Origin: Adineta steineri | Lineage: Eukaryota | Reading direction: 5' to 3' | NCBI GenBank assembly: GCA_905250115.1 | Contig: CAJNOI010000092.1 | Span: forward strand, 289,956 to 304,688 | Length of the DNA: 14,733 nt | In this document: one piece after another, positions 8,644 to 14,733 of the stretch | Layout: the number at the start of each line of letters is the position of its first letter | Numbering within the stretch: the first letter of the stretch is position 1 | Made by a program: the position numbers and the translations under genes | The notes under the pieces: model-generated | What the model saw: the letters and a program-made list of their open reading frames with translations, nothing else | What the model was told of the DNA's origin: nothing | Database searches by the model: none

Positions 8644-11600
8644 ATGAAGGTGAAATCTGATGATCCAAATGAAGGTGGTTGTGAAATTGACGATCCGGTT
8701 CAAGTTAAGTTTTTTCACAATACAAAATTTTGTCTCCGCGTACAAGAATATCTACAAAAATTACTTTCTGTACAAATCGCCATCGTCCCTCAGCAACTAA
8801 TGAAAGAACGACGGTATACTGAGAACGTAGAAAATGGTTACCGAATTCATATCTTGGATACGAAGGAAAATAAAACAGAGATCGAAAAAGTCCTCTCAGA
8901 TGCTATCAAAAATCTATTTGAAACAGTTCAATCACAAACATTCACTAATGACAAAGGTTTGCAATGGCATCTTTGAATGATAGATCTATATCAACTAGGT
9001 TTTCTTCTATTTCAGTTAAAGAATGGTTACAAAATCGTCCTAATACATTAAACAATTTGGCCTGTCTACAAACAATTATGGATGAGAAAATTCATCATCT
9101 CTTTACTGTGTGCCAGGAAGATCCTAAATATTCGTTAAAAATTTATTATTTTTCTGAAGATTTATCGAGTGTTCCTAATATTAAAGAATTAATTAAAATC
9201 GTCCCAGACAAAATCGTACAAGAAATCATATTATTCCCATATCAATCTGTACATTCCAGACGAGTTAAACACGAATCAGAGGAATTAATCACAGGAGCAA
9301 CTGCAAAGGGAGATATATCGGTTTCGGTCACTAATGATAATTCAAATTTGAAGATGATGCAAATAAAAATTATAATATTTGGTTATTACAAAACAGTGAA
9401 TCAATTGAAGAAAGATTTGTCGCTAATGATTGCGAGATATGATGTGACAACATTTAAATTTAGTTCTCTCGATACATATCAAGTAAATGATTAACTTAAT
9501 TTTTAGTTATTCTTAAAAACTACTATTTATTTTTATGTAGGTGGAGTTTCTCTTAAGAAACTGCCGTGACGAATTGAGAGAAATCGAAGAAAAATACGAA
9601 CAATTTGGTCTAGTGTTACGATTGAGATCAAATGAATTTTTAGCACCTGCACACCTAGAAAAGGAAATTCAATCTTCTATTACACAGTTGTTATCGGACT
9701 CGAATACTAGGACCTTTAAGAGTAGTTCGTTACCAAAAGGTGTCGCAGAAATAGCAGAGAAACATTTAAAATCAATTTTTCAACATAATTATTGTCATAT
9801 TATGATTGAATTAAGATCAAAATCTCAGTATTACACCATACCCAAAGCGTCGTCCTCCAATACGGAAGTCATGCCTGTCGATGATTTTCTTTTCTCTCCA
9901 AATGTATTCAGGAAAATTAATGTGGCAAATGGATCGATTGAAATTCGTATAGGAGATATTGCTTTACAAAAAGTAAGTTTAACGATTATTCGAATCAATA
10001 CACTTCTATTTTTAGGTGGATACTATAGTCATACCGATGACAACAAATGGATTAAAAGAAGGTGTGATTGAACGAGCAGGAACATTCAATTATGAACGTA
10101 CTTATACAAATGCAACAGGACCAACGTTTACGGAAACAAATGGAGGAAAGCTGAGTTGTAAACGAATTCTCTTTTCAAACTGGACGCCACAGACATTGAT
10201 CAATGACGAAAATGAATTACGAAAATCGATACAATTGTTTGTTTCGAAATCTGTAGAATATACATTAAAAGAGGGAAATGCAAGGTCAATGGCATTCGTT
10301 GTTTCTAGTTTATGTGCAAACGAAATAGTTCTGGTAGAAGAACTGATTAATACTGCAAAACAACAACTAGAATCGAAAAAGTCACAATTGAAAATCTCCT
10401 TTATTCTATTACCAGAACAAAAGACTTTGTATCGTCAATTTTTTTCTTTTGTTGGAAAATCACAGGATGGCTATGCGCAGTTGGACTGTCCGACATCAAG
10501 TAAGATAGATATGATTATAATGATGAGAGTATTTAAAATTCTTTGTTTTAGTTATTAAGATCACCCTTCATGCGACTACAGATGAATATTTAACAAGATG
10601 TCAAAATAAAATAAATAGATATTTGGAACGATGTATAACTTCGATGAAATTAGCTAATGCTAATGGTATTTTTCAACACTGGGATCAACATATGATCAAC
10701 AAGTTTTACAAATATTGTCATAATCAATTCGTTTTGCCAAATCTCGATCAAACAGGCGAAGAACTTGAGCTAGTCGGATTTGAAAAATATGTTCACGAGA
10801 CTAAAGAAAAATGGCATGTTCTATCTCATTTAGCAATAGAAAAACTTTTACGCACATCGACGACAAATCGTTCAAGATCAGCACGAGTTCATACTTACAA
10901 TCTAATGCTGAGTTACTGTCAACAAGATACCAAAAAATGTCAGCATCTCATTAAACGATTTATCGAAGAGGGTTTAACCGTATGGGCAGAACCGATCGTC
11001 GACGAACAGCCACGTGATGCTTCCTCTCAGATGAATAAATCAGAGTGCATTATTCTTTGTATTAGTGAAAATTATTACGAGAGTCAATCATGCGAGAAAG
11101 AAGCAAGACATGCTTTGCAAACAGGCAAACCAACTTTCTTGGTAAAAGTTCGAAACGATCCATTGTTCGGTTGGCAACGAGAGATCTTTGAAGGAAAATT
11201 ACTTTTTTCATTTTTTGGATCCGATTATTACTTGAATTTGCAATACGATCATTTATTATTGAAGATTGTAAGTATTCCCAAATGTCTTATTATTTCTCTA
11301 TCACATACTTTGATTTTCTGTGTAGTTACAATCGATAAAATCAAACAATTCCTCTTTGAAACAACCAGTCGAGCAACTACGATCAAAATATGATAGAAGA
11401 GTTCAAATCCTCATGCAAATTGGTCATATAGAAAATGAAGAAATGGTAAAGTTAATTCAACAACTACAGAACGTTATTGATGCTCCTGATCAAGAAAAAA
11501 CTGAGTCAGATGAACAAACTCAAGAAACTAATACTGATCATCGAGACACGAAGAAGAATAAAGGTAAGTGCACGGATCGAAGTTCTTCTAAAATATAATC

Positions 11601-12273
11601 TATCTTTGTCGGAATAGGAGAATATGAATGGATCGAACGTTGGCTAAGAAAACCAACGAATATTACAAAACAGAATCTACCACCGTTTGCATTCAGTGGT
11701 GATATCAATGATGCGATATTTCCGATGCCTGAATATATAGTTCAGCAACTAGGTATAGAAGATCAATCACTTTTATTCACACAACCTTCTACAGCAAAAT
11801 TTCGAAATATATTTGAATGCGATATTATTAAACGATCAGTCGTACGTTCATCTCCGCGCGATTTATTAAATGAATTTCCTGTAGATGACGAATATACCTA
11901 TGGAATGTGTACACAACAAACAGAGTACTCTAATTGTATGTCTCACGTATTCACTGACTGGCATTCTAGTACCGATGGCGATACACAGAATAAAACACGT
12001 TTACCTTGTCTACCAGTAGAAGTATCCAATCACTCCAAAAATAAGGCACACAAATGTCGTGATTCAAACCGTACAGACAATTCGGCAAACATGAAGGAAG
12101 AAGATGTCAAATATATTGCTAAAAAATATCAACCTACTACTCGTGCAGAATTAGATGTCTACTTCAAACAGTTTGCTCAACGAATGCAAGAAAATATCAT
12201 TCAATTTGAAAATTTCTGTGCAACGGCTGCCGTGCACCCAACCGATCGGAAAAAGCGACGAACTATCCAGTAA
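8644..12273 (+). CDS. Small alpha/beta (KH-like) repeats + macro-like domain + TIR domain + conserved C-terminal block (about 1101 aa), 7 exons; paralog of the 8020->4440 gene
   Basis: Exons 8644..8956, 9016..9482, 9541..9972, 10016..10499, 10552..11267, 11326..11563, 11618..12273; introns 59,58,43,52,58,54 bp, all GT-AG; phases 1,0,0,1,0,1; CDS 3306 nt. Junctions: TNDK|VKEWLQN, DTYQ|VEFLLRN, IALQK|VDTIVIP, CPTS|IIKITLH, LLKI|LQSIKSN, KKNK|GEYEWIERW. Confidence 0.87.
9931..10450 (+). other. Macro-like (ADP-ribose binding fold) domain, interrupted by intron 9973..10015
   Basis: GSIEIRIGDIALQKVDTIVIPMTTNGLKEGVIERAG...GGKLSCKRILFSNWTPQ..ENELRKSIQLFVSKSVEYTLKEGNARSMAFVVSSLCANEIVLVEELINTAKQQLESKKSQLKISFILLPEQKTLYRQF; order of motifs follows the macro fold (GDI..vDtIV, G..L.ck.i, SmAF, final strand ISFIL). 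Confidence 0.7.
10891..11267 (+). other. TIR domain of the plus-strand macro/TIR gene
   Basis: TYNLMLSYCQQDTKKCQHLIKRFIEEGLTVWAEP...MNKSECIILCISENYYESQSCEKEARHALQTGKPTFLVKVRNDPLFGWQREIFEGKLLFSFFG; Glu at 11100..11102 in the C-x-x-E position. Confidence 0.85.
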
Positions 12274-12302
12274 TCTTCGTATTTTTCGAACCGATTCTTT
12301 GA

Positions 12303-12341
12303 GGGTGTGGGTGTCTCTTCTCTTAGCTCATACCCACACCC
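12303..12341. repeat. Short inverted repeat (10-bp stem, 19-nt loop) built from TGTGGG-type units
   Basis: GGGTGTGGGT (12303..12312) is perfectly complementary to ACCCACACCC (12332..12341). Confidence 0.75.
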
Positions 12342-12350
12342 ACCTACCCT

Positions 12351-13114
12351 TATTAACTGTAGAACAGAGTTTAATAATCATATTGAAATTTCTCTTTTAA
12401 TCGTTTCAAAGTTGAAAAAATGTTTCGTCGTATAATTTAGTCGGTATTAATATTTCTGCTCTTTTTGTTTTCTTCTTTTAGATAAAACATAAAAATGACT
12501 AGTAGTTCAGCGAAATCATCTGAGCCTCTTACAACAAAACATCCGATATCAGGTATTGTTTTTTCATCATTATATGTTTTCTGATAGTTATTCAGGTTAT
12601 TCAGGATCAGTCTCTGACAGTCAATCAACGTCGTTTGGACTCGAACACAAACAATACAAAAATGAATCATCACCTAGTTCTAACCAATTTGTAAATTCCA
12701 AGAATTCTCAAATAAACAAAGAAGACGCATTTTATGACTCCTCCGATACGGAAGAGGATGGCCCTGAAGAAAACTGTAGTCCTGGTAAAGCGTTATAAAA
12801 ATCAACATTTATCTGAAGACGAAAGTATCATTTTTTTTCATTAGGACCTGCTGCCTATAATACAGGCGGGAGTTCGATGAAATGGGTGTATCCATCATCA
12901 CCTCAGTACTCATTTACCGGAGGGAGCCGATCGAGGGACTATTGGGCTAGTCCGGGACCATGCTATCACTCAACCAAACCGGAATGCTACAAACAAAGAG
13001 CACCTAGTTATTCTTTTGGTGTTAATCATTCAATAAAAAGGCTTTAACTATTATGAAATACAAAGATTAGCACAGCCACGCAGCCATTATAATTGACTTA
13101 CAGATCATTTTTTT
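12351..13114 (+). repeat. Direct duplication unit, copy A (gene plus flanks)
   Basis: TATTAACTGTAGAACAGAGTTTAATAATCATATTGAAATTTCTC... through ...CAGCCATTATAATTGACTTACAGATCATTTTTTT matches 13964 onward at an offset of about 1613 bp, including introns and UTR-like sequence. Confidence 0.9.
12495..13047 (+). CDS. Small SHIPPO/ODF3-like repeat protein, copy A (about 146 aa, 3 exons)
   Basis: Exons 12495..12552, 12605..12784, 12845..13047; introns 52 and 60 bp GT-AG, phase 1; CDS 441 nt. Protein MTSSSAKSSEPLTTKHPISGSVSDSQSTSFGLEHKQYKNESSPSSNQFVNSKNSQINKEDAFYDSSDTEEDGPEENCSPGPAAYNTGGSSMKWVYPSSPQYSFTGG...SPGPCYHSTKPECYKQRAPSYSFGVNHSIKRL. PGPaaY / APSYSFG resemble SHIPPO (STPGR) motifs. Confidence 0.7.
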
Positions 13115-13963
13115 CTCGGGTGTGCGTATTATTTTTACTGTATTCAAACCCACATACCCCTCCTCAAAATTTCAATATTTATCAATCGTTAATATATATA
13201 AATCTCAATCGAAAGATAAATAGATTTCAACTACTCCGTGTTTTCTAATATATTCCAAAATATGACTAATTCTAAGAGATCGATTAAGCTTAGTAACTTT
13301 TTCTCAACTGAATGAGTCTATCGCAGCTTGTATATGTGAATTGAGAGAAAAAACGAATACTATCGTTTTTTTCATGTGTTGTTGACTAATAAAAAGTCTA
13401 GATTTTCTCCATTAAATCGGGATTACAACAGACGTTAAACATAATGCACATGTTGTTTGTCAATGATGGATACCCGACAAAACAGACACGAAAAGTATCG
13501 TGAATAATCTTGCCGGCACAACTTTCGCAGAAACCTCGACGGTCATAAGGAATAAAAAGGAAATTTCGTTGATCATCGAAACAAATGGGACAATTAGATA
13601 TCTCTCTGATTTAGTCTACTTTCGCTGAAAAGTGAAGGAGAACAGCAACAACTATTTCTATAAAATTCATTCATTTCTTAAAATGCATCAATTCAGTATT
13701 GACAAGAAGAAAAGGTGCACAATACACGAGCGATGATTTGCACACAGCCGTAGATCATTCTCAAGTTTTTTTCACTTTTTTTCTTTCGGAAGAAATGATG
13801 AAACAACAAGAAAAGTGTGAAGATGCGAATGTTGCTTTGGTAATTCCAACATAAAGTACAGTATGACGCATACACTTTTTTTATTGTACACGTTTTCAAT
13901 AAAGAATACAATTTTTTTCTTATTCCACAGTATGACGTACACATTTAGCGAGACTGCTTTTTT

Positions 13964-14733
13964 TATTGACTCTAGAACAGAGTTTAATAATCATATTGAA
14001 ATTTCTCTTATTGTTTTAAAGTTGGAAAAATGTTTCATCGTATGATTCAGTCGGTATTAATATTTCTGCTCTTTTTCTTTTCTTCTTTTAGAAAAAAACA
14101 TAAAAATGACTAGTAGTCCAGCGAAATCATCTGAACCTCTTACGACAAAGAATCCGACATCAGGTATTATTTTTTCATTATTATATATTTTTTCATAGTT
14201 ATTCAAGTTATTCAGGATCAATCTTTGACAGCCAATCAACTTCGCTTGGACTCGAACACAAACAAAACAAGAATGAATCATCACCCAGTTCTAGCCAGTT
14301 TGTAAATTCCAAAAATTCTCAAACAAACAAAGAAGCCGTATTTTATGACTCTTCCGATACGCAACAGAATAGTCGTAAAGATGACTGTAGCCCTGGTAAA
14401 GCGTTATAAATATCAACATTTGCCTGAAGACGAAAGTGTCATTTTTGTTCATTAGGACCTGCTGCATACAATATAAGCGAGAGTTCGAAGAGATGCGCGT
14501 ATCCATCATCACCTCGTTACTCACTTACCCCACGTCGAGAGAGCAGTTGGTTAAATTATAACAATAATCCGGGTCCATGCTATCACCCATTCGGACTAGA
14601 ATACTACAAGCAAAGAGCACCTAGTTATTCTTTTGGTCATAAGCACTCAATGAAAAAGGCTCTGGGTATTGTGAAATACAAAGATTAGTACAAACACGCA
14701 GCCATCATAATTGACTTACAAATCGTTTTTTTT
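13964..14733 (+). repeat. Direct duplication unit, copy B (runs to window end)
   Basis: TATTGACTCTAGAACAGAGTTTAATAATCATATTGAAATTTCTC... through ...CAGCCATCATAATTGACTTACAAATCGTTTTTTTT; counterpart of copy A. Confidence 0.9.
14106..14688 (+). CDS. Small SHIPPO/ODF3-like repeat protein, copy B (about 156 aa, 3 exons)
   Basis: Exons 14106..14163, 14216..14395, 14456..14688; introns 52 and 60 bp at the same positions as copy A; CDS 471 nt; ends ..NPGPCYHPFGLEYYKQRAPSYSFGHKHSMKKALGIVKYKD*. Confidence 0.72.

Noticed and set aside
12155-12400. 81-aa plus-strand ORF in an alternate frame
   Set aside because: Overlaps the last exon in another frame and runs into the GGGTGTGGG hairpin; not consistent with the paralog.
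13693-13944. 83-aa minus-strand ORF with many Cys residues
   Set aside because: Derived from homopolymer-rich non-coding sequence (AAAGAAAAAAAG type); no supporting splice structure or repeat pattern of a Cys-rich protein family.
12437-14284. Antisense ORFs 12437..12673 and 14057..14284 that look conserved with each other
   Set aside because: Their similarity is explained by duplication of the underlying DNA; the sense strand has the splicing and SHIPPO-like motifs.
1-14733. Bacterial TIR/ART defence system, CRISPR array, tRNA or rRNA
   Set aside because: Numerous in-frame GT-AG introns show eukaryotic genes; no spaced direct-repeat array, rRNA or cloverleaf-like sequence was noticed by eye.

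Overview
This window looks like eukaryotic (metazoan, probably bdelloid rotifer) DNA, with multi-exon genes and very short GT-AG introns (43-62 bp). I rebuilt gene models by joining the supplied ORFs across introns and checking the reading frame at every junction. Minus strand, in transcription order: (i) a 7-exon gene (8020->4440) with small alpha/beta repeats, a degenerate macro-like region, a TIR domain and a conserved C-terminal block; (ii) a 4-exon ARM-like + TIR gene (4400->866); (iii) an ankyrin + ADP-ribosyltransferase-like gene (823-><1, truncated by the window edge and missing from the ORF track). The spacers between these three genes are only 39 and 42 bp. Each spacer holds a polypyrimidine tract plus AG 16-18 nt before the next ATG and no fitting cis donor, which is what an operon resolved by spliced-leader trans-splicing would look like. 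Plus strand: a 7-exon repeat/macro/TIR gene (8644->12273) that is a head-to-head paralog of gene (i), with the same number and phases of introns. It is followed by two tandem copies of a small 3-exon gene with SHIPPO/ODF3-like motifs (12495->13047, 14106->14688). The main hypothesis is a clustered, probably polycistronic NAD+/ADP-ribose signalling or immune locus (ART, ARM-TIR, macro-TIR), in which one of two divergent macro-TIR paralogs appears to have lost catalytic features. Domain names come from sequence motifs I recognise; no database search was run.
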